From contig JBMFVV010000003.1 in NCBI GenBank assembly GCA_049965815.1, forward strand, positions 19,846-83,845: DNA of 64,000 nucleotides, in the 5' to 3' direction. The notes under the pieces were generated by a model. It ran no database searches. It was not told where the DNA came from and was given only the letters and a program-made list of their open reading frames with translations. The stretch is from Thermoplasmata archaeon (GTDB taxonomy: Archaea; Thermoplasmatota; Thermoplasmata; Thermoplasmatales; GCA-001856825). A program made the translations under genes and the position numbers. Positions 55,308 to 63,872 of the stretch are shown here, one piece after another (position 1 is the first letter of the stretch; every line of letters begins with the position of its first letter).

Positions 55308-56435
55308 ATGGATTTTGAATTGAGTGATGAAGCGAAGGAGGCAATAGTGAAGGCGGGGGAATTTGCAAGCAAATATTTCACTGAAGAAGCTGCTGAAAGA
55401 GCAGACAGGGAAGAGCAGTTTCCGACAGACATCGTTGCCATATCCAAAAAGGAAAAGATACTGGATTTCTCGAACCCGTGGAAGGTGCTTGTAACGATAG
55501 AGGAACTCGTTCGCAGGGATCCAGGTCTCGGGATTTCCGTGACAATATCCGCATTCGGGTCTGAGATATTCTTGCTCTTTGGAAATGATGCACAGAAGGA
55601 GAAATACATGAATCCTGTGTTCGCCGGCCAGAAAACACTTGGACTCGGTGTCACGGAGCCCGGAGGAGGGTCTGATGTTGCTAACATCAAGACGGAGGCG
55701 AAGCTGGATGGAGATTCTTATATCCTGAATGGAGGAAAGATGTTCATAAGCAACGGGCAAATAGCGGATTATTTCCTTGTCCTGGCGAGGACAAGTCCTC
55801 CACCGTCACCTGAGAAAAAACACAGGGGGATGAGCGTCTTTGTCGTTGATTCCAAGAGTCCGGGATTTGCAGTGAACAAGCTTCACGGAAAACTGGGTGT
55901 GAGGGCAACGAATACTGCAGAACTAATATTCAACAATGTCCGCGTACCAAAGGAGAACATCGTTGGAGAAGAGGGGAAGGGATTCTACTACATCATGACA
56001 TTCTTCAACATAAGCAGGATTTACGTAGCCGCCCAGGGTCTGGGGATTGCACACGGGGCACTGGACAGGCTTGTGGAGTACTCAAAAAAATATGGAGAAA
56101 TATCGGAGACAGGGGAGCTGAAGGAGAGCCTGCAGCTAGCAATTGCAGAAATAGCGACTAGGGTGGAGGCCGCCAGGAACCTTACTTACAAAGCTGCTTC
56201 CTACCTGTTCAAGTTCACCCCCAATCCAGTTGTGACAAGCATGTCAAAATATTATGCTGCGGATGCGGCAATGTTTTCGACAAGGAGGGCGATGGAACTC
56301 ATGTCTCTGCACGGTCTTACAACAGATCTTGAGAGATTTTTCAGGGATGCGAAGATACTTGACATATGGGAGGGGACAACTGAAGTGGAGAAACTTATAA
56401 TCACGAGGATGATGTTGAAGGAAGAGGGAGCGTGA
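55308..56435 (+). CDS. Acyl-CoA dehydrogenase (catalytic, MCAD-type Glu base)
   Basis: 375 aa. 'GLGVTEPGGGSDV', 'YILNGGKMFISNG' and 'RFFRDAKILDIWEGTTEVEKLII' (E of the 'EGT' motif). Confidence 0.9.
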   Translation: MDFELSDEAKEAIVKAGEFASKYFTEEAAERADREEQFPTDIVAISKKEKILDFSNPWKVLVTIEELVRRDPGLGISVTISAFGSEIFLLFGNDAQKEKYMNPVFAGQKTLGLGVTEPGGGSDVANIKTEAKLDGDSYILNGGKMFISNGQIADYFLVLARTSPPPSPEKKHRGMSVFVVDSKSPGFAVNKLHGKLGVRATNTAELIFNNVRVPKENIVGEEGKGFYYIMTFFNISRIYVAAQGLGIAHGALDRLVEYSKKYGEISETGELKESLQLAIAEIATRVEAARNLTYKAASYLFKFTPNPVVTSMSKYYAADAAMFSTRRAMELMSLHGLTTDLERFFRDAKILDIWEGTTEVEKLIITRMMLKEEGA

Positions 56436-57478
56436 AACAGATGGAAGAGGAATATGAAATTTTAGAGAGTACAGTCAAGGATTTCAATGCAAAATATGTG
56501 GATAACAATTCCCTTAAACTGGAGAATGAAGCGATGGGAAAGGAGTTTGTAAAGATGCTCGCTGACCAGGGCTTCTTCTCCATGGCAGGCCAGGCAGAAG
56601 AGGGAAAGGGAACAGATGTAAAGGCGCTCTCTGTTGTTCTTGAAAATCTGGCAAAATCTGCACCGGCAATCGCAGTGAAGACGCTCCTGATCAATTCGTT
56701 TTCATCAATAGTGAAGGAAAAGGATATAATAGATTCAATAGGAGATGGCACGAAGTCAGGTACGGTCACATTTTCCGACCTGCTGGTTGCAAACGGTCAA
56801 AATGGAAGCCTCAAGCTTGATGGCGGGAAGATAAAGGGGGAGAAGGAGTTCGTCCTCGGCAGTGACTCAGATTTCGTTGTCACACTTCTAGATTCTGGGG
56901 AAATTGTGCTCATAAAATCTGGCTTCAAGACCGGGAAGAAGCACAAGAAGCTCGGTTTCAGGAGCATCGGCTTCTCGAGTATTTCAGTTGACTCGGGAGA
57001 TTTCGTGATTCTGAGCAAGGATGGAAGAAATGTACTTGAGAGGGCATATGAAGAATTATCAATACCCGTTGCTGCAATTGCACTGGGTATGAGTGAAGGT
57101 GTTTCGCAGAAGGCTCTGGACTACGCCAAGGTAAGGACTGCATTCGGTCATTATCTCAAGGACTTCCAGCCGCTTGCGTTCGATCTTGCATCGCTTGTCG
57201 CAGAAATGGAGATACTGAGAAGGTACTTCCATGATCTCCTGGCCGCAGCGCCCAGCGAGAAGGAGGCAATGTACCTCAAGCACAAGACACTGGTGCTGGC
57301 AAAGGACATCAGCAGGACTTCTCTCCAGATACACGGCGGATACGGGTACCTCGAGGACTTTGGAATCGAGAAATTCTACCGTGACGCAATGGCTCTTTCC
57401 GTGCTGTTCAACAGCGAAGAGAAAGATATGGAGAAACTCTCTGAACTGGTCTTTGAGTCAAAAGCTGGATTCGTCTGA
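56432..57478 (+). CDS. Acyl-CoA dehydrogenase-like protein lacking the catalytic Glu (probable non-catalytic partner subunit)
   Basis: 348 aa, with a 4-nt overlap (ATGA) with the upstream ACAD gene. The C-terminal helices are ACAD-like ('IHGGYGYLEDFGIEKFYRDAMALSVLFNSEEK'), but 'WEGT' is replaced by 'LFNS'. The N-terminal and middle domains are shortened. Confidence 0.75.
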   Translation: MKQMEEEYEILESTVKDFNAKYVDNNSLKLENEAMGKEFVKMLADQGFFSMAGQAEEGKGTDVKALSVVLENLAKSAPAIAVKTLLINSFSSIVKEKDIIDSIGDGTKSGTVTFSDLLVANGQNGSLKLDGGKIKGEKEFVLGSDSDFVVTLLDSGEIVLIKSGFKTGKKHKKLGFRSIGFSSISVDSGDFVILSKDGRNVLERAYEELSIPVAAIALGMSEGVSQKALDYAKVRTAFGHYLKDFQPLAFDLASLVAEMEILRRYFHDLLAAAPSEKEAMYLKHKTLVLAKDISRTSLQIHGGYGYLEDFGIEKFYRDAMALSVLFNSEEKDMEKLSELVFESKAGFV

Positions 57479-57489
57479 TTTAGAGAAAG

Positions 57490-57523
57490 GGACAGATCGG
57501 GAAAACTCTGTCCTACTATTTTT
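57490..57523 (+). terminator. Hairpin + T-run downstream of the thiolase-ACAD-ACAD operon
   Basis: GGACAGA (57490-57496) pairs perfectly with TCTGTCC (57507-57513). 'tactattttt' follows, 12 nt after the stop codon. Confidence 0.4.
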
Positions 57524-57686
57524 CAGAATGCTTATGTTATATCGTTAAAACAATTGGGGCAGTTATGTGCAGTCAGATTTCGTCGGGCGGCACTCATTCA
57601 TTTTCGGCAGAAACTCCTGTACCAATATAATCTTCATTTTGCCATAGCCTATTGAATACTGATTTAGGTTACATTGCCACAGTATC

Positions 57687-59345
57687 TTAATTTTCCCTCA
57701 GTTCCCTTCTGAGTATCTTTCCAACTAGCGTCTTTGGTAGCTCCTTCCTGAATTCAACTGACCTGGGTATCTTGAATTTGGCAATCTTGCCCTGGAAAAA
57801 CTGCTTTATCTCTTCCTCCGTAGCAGTCTGCCCGTCCTTGAGCACGACAAACGCCTTTACGACTTCTCCATGTTCCGCTTCCTTTACCCCAACAGCAGCC
57901 GCCTCTTTCACCTTCGGATTCTGGTAAAGTATCTCCTCAATTTCTCTGGGATAGACATTAAACCCGCCCACAATGATCACGTCCTTCTTCCTGTCAACTA
58001 TGTAGAAGTACCCTTCATCATCCATCTTTGCGATATCTCCAGTATAGAGCCAACCATTCCTCAGTACGCCTGCAGTTTCTTCCGGATTCTTGTAGTAGCC
58101 TTGCATAACCTGGGGTCCCTTAATTATCAGTTCCCCCTCTGCGTTTACTGGCATTTCCTTCATACCCGTTTCTAGGTCAACGATCTTTGCGTATGTCGAT
58201 GGGATGGGTATTCCTATGGAGCCTGCTTTTATATTTCCAAAGAGTGGATTAACGTGAGTCACAGGTGACGCCTCTGTGAGCCCGTACCCCTCCACAAGGT
58301 GCCCTCCAGTTACCTTGTCCCATTGCTCTATTATTTCTACAGGAAGGGAAGCTGAACCTGAAAGACAGTACTGCACGGATTTCATGTCGACGTTCTTTAT
58401 TTCGTCATGAGCCAGGAGGCCACCGTAAAGCGTGGGCACGCCGGGGAAGAATGACGGATGGTACTTCTTGATAAGTTTGAATATACCCTCAATTTCCGGC
58501 TTAGGTTGCAGTACCAGGGTGGCGCCGATCTTCACGGGAAAATTCATCGCAACCGTCATACCGAATACATGGAAGAATGGTATCACACTCAGCATGGTGT
58601 CCTCTCCAAACTTTGGATTCGGCATCGTGGAAATTGATTGAATTGTATTGCAAACGAGATTCCTGTTCGTGAGCATTGCTCCCTTTGGAACGCCAGTCGT
58701 CCCTCCCGTATACTGCAGTACGGCAAGAGATTGACTGTCGTTGTTTTCCTCTGAATCCGGTTTGAATGACTCAAATTCCTTGAACTTTCTGTATTTATCC
58801 GGTATCTTCACAAACTTCCTGCCAGCCCTCCTCTGGAGACCGTACAGGAAATTGAGCGGGAAGGCAAGATAGTCTTCTATCCTAGTTGCAACAACTGTCA
58901 GGTTCGGAAATGTCTTGACAGTTTCTTCTATCCTTGGAAGCAGGTCGTCATAGATGATGAGAACCTTCGCACCAGAATCCCCTATAATTCGATCTATTTC
59001 AACCTTGAAATACGTCGGGGAAATCTGTGTAACAACCGCCCCTATCTGATTGACTGCGTAATACGCTATGATGTACTGTGGACAATTTGGAAGATCAAGC
59101 GCAACCCTGTCCCCTTTTGTCACTCCCAGTGACTTCAGGTATGCGGCGAATGAATTGACTTTCTCATTCAGTTTCCCATAATCAATCTTGTAGTTGAAGA
59201 AGACGATCGCAAGCTTCTGTGGTACCTTTGAGGCTGTGTTTTTCAGGAAATCATAGGGTTTGCCTTCATTACATTCAACGTCCGCAGGCACACCCTTGTC
59301 ATAAACTTTCAACCATATCCTGTCATTATCTGATGTCTGTTGCAC
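57687..59345 (-). CDS. Long/medium-chain fatty acid--CoA ligase (AMP-forming acyl-CoA synthetase)
   Basis: 552 aa. AMP-binding motif 'LQYTGGTTGVPKGAMLTNRN', plus 'EGYGLTEASP', 'GWLYTGDIAKMDDEGYFYIVDRKKD' and 'GKILRRELRE'. Confidence 0.92.
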   Translation of the reverse strand: MQQTSDNDRIWLKVYDKGVPADVECNEGKPYDFLKNTASKVPQKLAIVFFNYKIDYGKLNEKVNSFAAYLKSLGVTKGDRVALDLPNCPQYIIAYYAVNQIGAVVTQISPTYFKVEIDRIIGDSGAKVLIIYDDLLPRIEETVKTFPNLTVVATRIEDYLAFPLNFLYGLQRRAGRKFVKIPDKYRKFKEFESFKPDSEENNDSQSLAVLQYTGGTTGVPKGAMLTNRNLVCNTIQSISTMPNPKFGEDTMLSVIPFFHVFGMTVAMNFPVKIGATLVLQPKPEIEGIFKLIKKYHPSFFPGVPTLYGGLLAHDEIKNVDMKSVQYCLSGSASLPVEIIEQWDKVTGGHLVEGYGLTEASPVTHVNPLFGNIKAGSIGIPIPSTYAKIVDLETGMKEMPVNAEGELIIKGPQVMQGYYKNPEETAGVLRNGWLYTGDIAKMDDEGYFYIVDRKKDVIIVGGFNVYPREIEEILYQNPKVKEAAAVGVKEAEHGEVVKAFVVLKDGQTATEEEIKQFFQGKIAKFKIPRSVEFRKELPKTLVGKILRRELREN

Positions 59346-59592
59346 AATATTAAAAATAACCCCGTAATTAAATATATCGATAATTAACGCATAAAATTCT
59401 AAATATTCTTAGGTTTCCCTAATAAATCGACGGACATCCAATTACATCCACAATCGTCCATTTTCCTAACGCGTGAATCACTCTACTTGGCTATTCTCGT
59501 CGTTTGCTTGATGATTGGGAACAAGCACATATTGCCACGTTTTTTATCCAAGGATTGATTAGCAATGTTGTGAACATTAACTGTTCTGGCAG

Positions 59593-60864
59593 GTGGAATT
59601 GATGGAAGATTTCTTGTTGAATGAAAGCGAGAGGAAAATAAAGTACGACGTGAGGAGGGTGGTGAAGGCTGTTCCGCACGAACTGATTCGCCAGATAGAG
59701 AGTGAACAGGTTGTTTTCCCTAAAGAATTCATAGATATAATCACCAAGAATAATACCGTTGGACTAAGGTACCCTGAAAAGTATGGCGGCAGGGGAAGTA
59801 CATGGATAGCAGAGGCTGCTGCTGTTGAGGAGATGGGATATCTTGGATTCACACTCAGCTGCATGTATTCTCTTGGGACAATCGTTGGAGAACCCATACT
59901 GAGGTTTGGTACAAACGAACAGAAGGAAATTTATCTGAAGGGGATAACGCAGGGAAATAAGTATGGAGCCGAAGCCATTACCGAACCATCAGGCGGTTCT
60001 GACCTCTTCGGGATGATGCATTCAACCGCCGACAAGAAGGGCGGAAAGTTCGTACTGAATGGACAGAAGAGATTCATCGTCGGCGGTAAAGGGGCAGATT
60101 TCTTTGTCACATACGCCATAACTGACAGGAACGCAAAATCCAGGACAAGGGGGATAAGTGCGTTCATCATTGACAGGGACACTCCTGGTCTCAAGGTTGA
60201 AACAATGTACGGCCTGATGGGGAACAAAGGTGGGGGGACCGCAAGGATAGTTTTCAAGGATGCGGAGGTGCCGGAGGAAAATCTCATAGGGGAACTGAAT
60301 GGCGGTTATGAAATATTCAACAGGATGATGGTACCGGAAAGACTTACGACAGCATCTGGGTCTATAGGAGTGGCAATGGCTGCGATTGAAGTTGCGACAT
60401 CCTATGCCATGAAGAGGGAATCGTTCGGGAAGAAACTCATCGACCATGAGGGAATCAACTTCAAGCTTGCTGAAAGCATTGCATTACTCCAGAGTGCATC
60501 TTCCATGGTTTATGTTGCAAGCAGAGCTGCAGATCAGCTTGAGCAGGGGAAGGTGGACTTGCCATACGTGAGGAAGATGATATCAATTGCTAAACTTCAC
60601 TCAACAGAGGCAATGTGGAAGATAGTCAACGATTCAATGCAGATGCTGGGCGGCATAGGATATACCACCGTATACCCGGTGGAAAGATTGCTGAGGGATT
60701 CAAGGCTTGGACTCATTTGGACAGGAAGCAGTGAGGTGATGAAGCTGATAATACAGCATGAATTTGTGAGGGAATTTACATCCAAAGGATACTTAGATAC
60801 AAAGAGGGACGTTGAGAAGGACGCCCTGGATTTCAAGCTGGAAGAGGAAAAGGTCTTCAACTGA
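59593..60864 (+). CDS. Acyl-CoA dehydrogenase (IVD/LCAD-like placement of the catalytic base)
   Basis: 'GAEAITEPSGGSDL', 'FVLNGQKRFIVGG' and 'RLLRDSRLGLIWTGSSEVMKLII'. The start is GTG 59593, TTG 59599 or ATG 59602. Confidence 0.88.
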   Translation: MELMEDFLLNESERKIKYDVRRVVKAVPHELIRQIESEQVVFPKEFIDIITKNNTVGLRYPEKYGGRGSTWIAEAAAVEEMGYLGFTLSCMYSLGTIVGEPILRFGTNEQKEIYLKGITQGNKYGAEAITEPSGGSDLFGMMHSTADKKGGKFVLNGQKRFIVGGKGADFFVTYAITDRNAKSRTRGISAFIIDRDTPGLKVETMYGLMGNKGGGTARIVFKDAEVPEENLIGELNGGYEIFNRMMVPERLTTASGSIGVAMAAIEVATSYAMKRESFGKKLIDHEGINFKLAESIALLQSASSMVYVASRAADQLEQGKVDLPYVRKMISIAKLHSTEAMWKIVNDSMQMLGGIGYTTVYPVERLLRDSRLGLIWTGSSEVMKLIIQHEFVREFTSKGYLDTKRDVEKDALDFKLEEEKVFN

Positions 60865-60911
60865 TTTCTTCTGAATCCAGCGGGAGGGTTGGGGAAGTCA
60901 GCGGGTGGATT

Positions 60912-61343
60912 CTAATCCGGGAAGAACTCGTAACTGTAATACCCCTCTTTCTTCTTTACCGTCTTCAGCTTCATCTTCATTCCTATCTTCACGTCCTCAA
61001 TACTCTCTATGTTCAGCCATGAGAGAACGTTTATTCCCTCGTCGAGTTTTCCCACTGCAACAACGTACCTCCCTTCGCTCGCAAATGAGGTTGGAACAAC
61101 CTCAACTGTAGTGAATGTTTCCAGGGTTGCATTCCCACTGAAATCTATCCATTCCATGTTCTTTGTCATGCATGAATTGCACTCCGACTGAGGTGGAAAA
61201 TACAATTTGCCACAATCCTTGCATTTCGTTCCCCTCACCTTCCCTTCCTCAAGACCTGTGAAGAATTCCCTGATATGCGATATGGGCATCCTGTACCTGA
61301 GATCAAGAATTCTCCTGTCTTCAAGAATCGGTTCATCTGGCAT
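60912..61343 (-). CDS. DUF35 Zn-ribbon + OB-fold protein (thiolase-associated scaffold)
   Basis: 'GTKCKDCGKLYFPPQSECNSCMTKNMEWIDFSGNATLETFTTV' is the rubredoxin-like ribbon + OB arrangement of DUF35. Its start abuts the stop of the thiolase-like gene (61343/61344). Confidence 0.85.
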   Translation of the reverse strand: MPDEPILEDRRILDLRYRMPISHIREFFTGLEEGKVRGTKCKDCGKLYFPPQSECNSCMTKNMEWIDFSGNATLETFTTVEVVPTSFASEGRYVVAVGKLDEGINVLSWLNIESIEDVKIGMKMKLKTVKKKEGYYSYEFFPD

Positions 61344-62525
61344 TCAATCACCCCTGGAATATATTGTGACGTAAGCATAATGCCCTGTTCCACCGACGTT
61401 GTGTTGCAGTGCCCTTCCTTTCCTTATTTCAGCCTGTCTGCCTTTCTCTGCATCTCCCCTCAGTTGCTTTGTTATTTCCACCGCCTGGCTTATGCCAGTA
61501 GCACCAATCGGATGACCCTTTGACTTGAGACCTCCGTCTAAATTCGTCGGATATTTACCGTCCCTATATGTCTGCCTGTCCTTGAGCAGCTTAATGCCCT
61601 CCCCCTTCTTCGCTATCCCCAGGTCTTCGTATGCCATGACTTCAGCGATAGTGAAACAGTCATGAACTTCGAAGACATCAAAATTGTTGCCTATTCCATC
61701 CAGTCCAGCTCCCCTGAATGCTATATCTGCTGCCCTCCTGCTCGCCTCGAGACCGGTATAGTCGTCCCTTCTCCCCATGTATGCCGTGCCTGTTGCCGTT
61801 CCCTGGCTGTCAATGTAAATCGGAGTATCAGTCAGTTTCCTGGCAATATCACCTCTCGCAAGTATCACGGCAGCTGCCCCGTCCGTGATGGGTGATGAGT
61901 CCATCAGTTTCAAAGGGCGGGAAACGTATTTCGATTTCATGCATTCCTCCACAGTCGTCTCCTTCTGGAACTGCGCATAGGGGTTCAAGCTACCATAATG
62001 ATGTGCCTTCACTGCTGCTTCGCACAGGTCCTCTTCCCTGGCATTGAATGCATCAAGATACTTCGTCGCATACAGTGCATAATATCCAGGGAATGTCATC
62101 CCGAAATTCTCGAATTCCCAGAAGTAATTTCCAGCCCTCCCTATCAACTCTATTATCGTTCCATTTGGTGAATTGTACATCTTTTCTATGCCCATTGCCA
62201 ACGCAATCTTGGCAGTACCAGAGAGGATGCTATCCATTGCAATCTTGAGGGATGCACTACCTGAAGCGCAAGCAGCCTCTGTCTTCAGGCTTCCGCATGT
62301 GAGACCGGCATATTCTCCGACAGTGACTGCAGGGAGTATCTCCTCACTCCAGTAACCGAAGTTCCCGACAGAATAGAATTCGACATCCTTCTGGACGATG
62401 CCTGCATCCTGCAGTGCAGGTCTGATCGCCTCCCAACCTAGCTCGTTCATGCTGACATCAAGCCTCTTCCCAAATTTTGAATGCCCCACTCCAACTATCG
62501 CTACCTTTTCATCATTAGATTTCAT
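61344..62525 (-). CDS. Thiolase-like protein, SCP-x / archaeal acetoacetyl-CoA thiolase type
   Basis: 'KVAIVGVGHSKFGKR', 'LKTEAACASGSASLKIA' (nucleophilic Cys), 'FEVHDCFTIAEV' and 'NLDGGLKSKGHPIGATG'. I took the start at ATG 62525, because the ORF-track extension adds 27 non-homologous residues. Confidence 0.88.
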   Translation of the reverse strand: MKSNDEKVAIVGVGHSKFGKRLDVSMNELGWEAIRPALQDAGIVQKDVEFYSVGNFGYWSEEILPAVTVGEYAGLTCGSLKTEAACASGSASLKIAMDSILSGTAKIALAMGIEKMYNSPNGTIIELIGRAGNYFWEFENFGMTFPGYYALYATKYLDAFNAREEDLCEAAVKAHHYGSLNPYAQFQKETTVEECMKSKYVSRPLKLMDSSPITDGAAAVILARGDIARKLTDTPIYIDSQGTATGTAYMGRRDDYTGLEASRRAADIAFRGAGLDGIGNNFDVFEVHDCFTIAEVMAYEDLGIAKKGEGIKLLKDRQTYRDGKYPTNLDGGLKSKGHPIGATGISQAVEITKQLRGDAEKGRQAEIRKGRALQHNVGGTGHYAYVTIYSRGD

Positions 62526-62829
62526 GTGATCACCCAATTCAATATTTTCAAACTGCCAACGGTCCTTTCTGCAATGAAGCACATATCCCTCCCTTTCATG
62601 CTTCATCCATCTCCATAATCCTCGACATTGCAGTCAGGTCATTTGGCATTGAATTCAATTATGATTTGTTACATCATAATTAATGTTGCCGAAGAGTGTT
62701 CCTGCCAATCGCCTTTAATGATACGCCTTTTTGGGCTGTTTGGAATCTCTCCAGACACAAATATGCTTAATACCACCGTTATAATGGTACGTGGGGTCTG
62801 TTTCTACAGATCGTAAGGAGAATGATGAT

Positions 62830-63318
62830 ATGAAAGAAAAAACTGCAAATGAAAGCGAGGCAAGTATTTCAAGGGTGATGCTTCCCCCTGACGCAAACAT
62901 AGCTGGTAACGTATTTGGTGGAACAATCCTGAAGATGATAGACGAGATTGCTGGAATTGTGGCAGTAAAACACTGCAGGAGGAACGCAGTGACGGCTAAC
63001 ATCGAACACATCGACTTCATCTATCCTGTTCACATCGGCGACCTCCTGGAACTGAGGGGGAGGCTGAACTTCGTCGGAAAATCATCGATGGAGGTTGGCG
63101 TTGAAGTATTTGCGGAAAAACTTGAGACAGCAGACATCAACTTTGCGGGGAGAGCCACTGTCACAATGGTAGCACTTGACGATAATGGAAAGCCTGTAGA
63201 GGTCCCAAAACTTAAACTGGAAACTGAAGAGGACAGGCAGCTCTACAAGGCAGGATTGAAGAGGTACAACGAGAGGGTCAAGAGACTGAAAGTGGCCAAG
63301 GAACTCAGGAAAAAGTAG
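62830..63318 (+). CDS. Acyl-CoA thioesterase (hotdog fold, acyl-CoA hydrolase type)
   Basis: 'VMLPPDANIAGNVFGGTILKMIDEIAGIVA' and 'VTANIEHIDFIYPVHIGDLLELRGRL' are typical of hotdog acyl-CoA hydrolases. ATG 62830 lies 9 nt after 'AAGGAG'. Confidence 0.85.
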   Translation: MKEKTANESEASISRVMLPPDANIAGNVFGGTILKMIDEIAGIVAVKHCRRNAVTANIEHIDFIYPVHIGDLLELRGRLNFVGKSSMEVGVEVFAEKLETADINFAGRATVTMVALDDNGKPVEVPKLKLETEEDRQLYKAGLKRYNERVKRLKVAKELRKK

Positions 63319-63404
63319 TCCAATTTTGCTACGATTACTGAAACGGAACATGGGTCCGTCCATCAGACTTAATTTTTTATATATTAAAACCTGATAGACC
63401 TGCC

Positions 63405-63872
63405 ATGAACGTAGGTGAAAAAGCACCAAACTTTGAATTGGTAGATACGGAATTGAAATTAGTGAAATCGTCAAGCCTGGCAGGACGCCCATCTGTTCTT
63501 GTATTTTTTCCGGGGGCATACACGTCAGTATGCACGAAGGAGTTGTGCACATTCAGGGATTCGATGGCAAACTTCAACAAGATAAACGCAGCAGTCCTTG
63601 GCATAAGCGTCGATCAGCCATTCTCCCTTGCTCAGTTCAAGAAGGACAATAACCTGAATTTCCCTCTGTTGAGCGACTTCACTGAATCTGTCAGCAGGGC
63701 ATTTGGAGGCGTTCACGAGAACGCATTCAACGTGAAGGGCTTGACTGTATCGAAGAGGGCCGTCTTCGTCCTAGACAAGGAAGGAAAGGTCACTTACAAA
63801 TGGGTTAGTGAGGACCCGGGTAAGGAGCCAAACTACAAGGAAGTACAGGAAGCAGTGGCAAAACTAAGGTGA
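63405..63872 (+). CDS. Peroxiredoxin (AhpC/TSA, Bcp-like)
   Basis: 'APNFELVDTE...VLVFFPGAYTSVCTKELCTF' has the peroxidatic Cys in the P..(T/S)..C context. 155 aa. Confidence 0.88.
   Translation: MNVGEKAPNFELVDTELKLVKSSSLAGRPSVLVFFPGAYTSVCTKELCTFRDSMANFNKINAAVLGISVDQPFSLAQFKKDNNLNFPLLSDFTESVSRAFGGVHENAFNVKGLTVSKRAVFVLDKEGKVTYKWVSEDPGKEPNYKEVQEAVAKLR

Noticed and set aside
54143-55760. Series of 70-170-aa minus-strand ORFs (54143..54577, 54168..54674, 54773..55228, 55277..55690, 55290..55760)
   Set aside because: All are antisense shadows within the strongly supported thiolase and ACAD genes and overlap one another in incompatible frames.
63082-63552. 156-aa minus-strand ORF spanning the thioesterase-peroxiredoxin junction
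   Set aside because: It overlaps two well-supported plus-strand genes and the intergenic promoter between them. It is Cys/Leu/Pro-rich noise.
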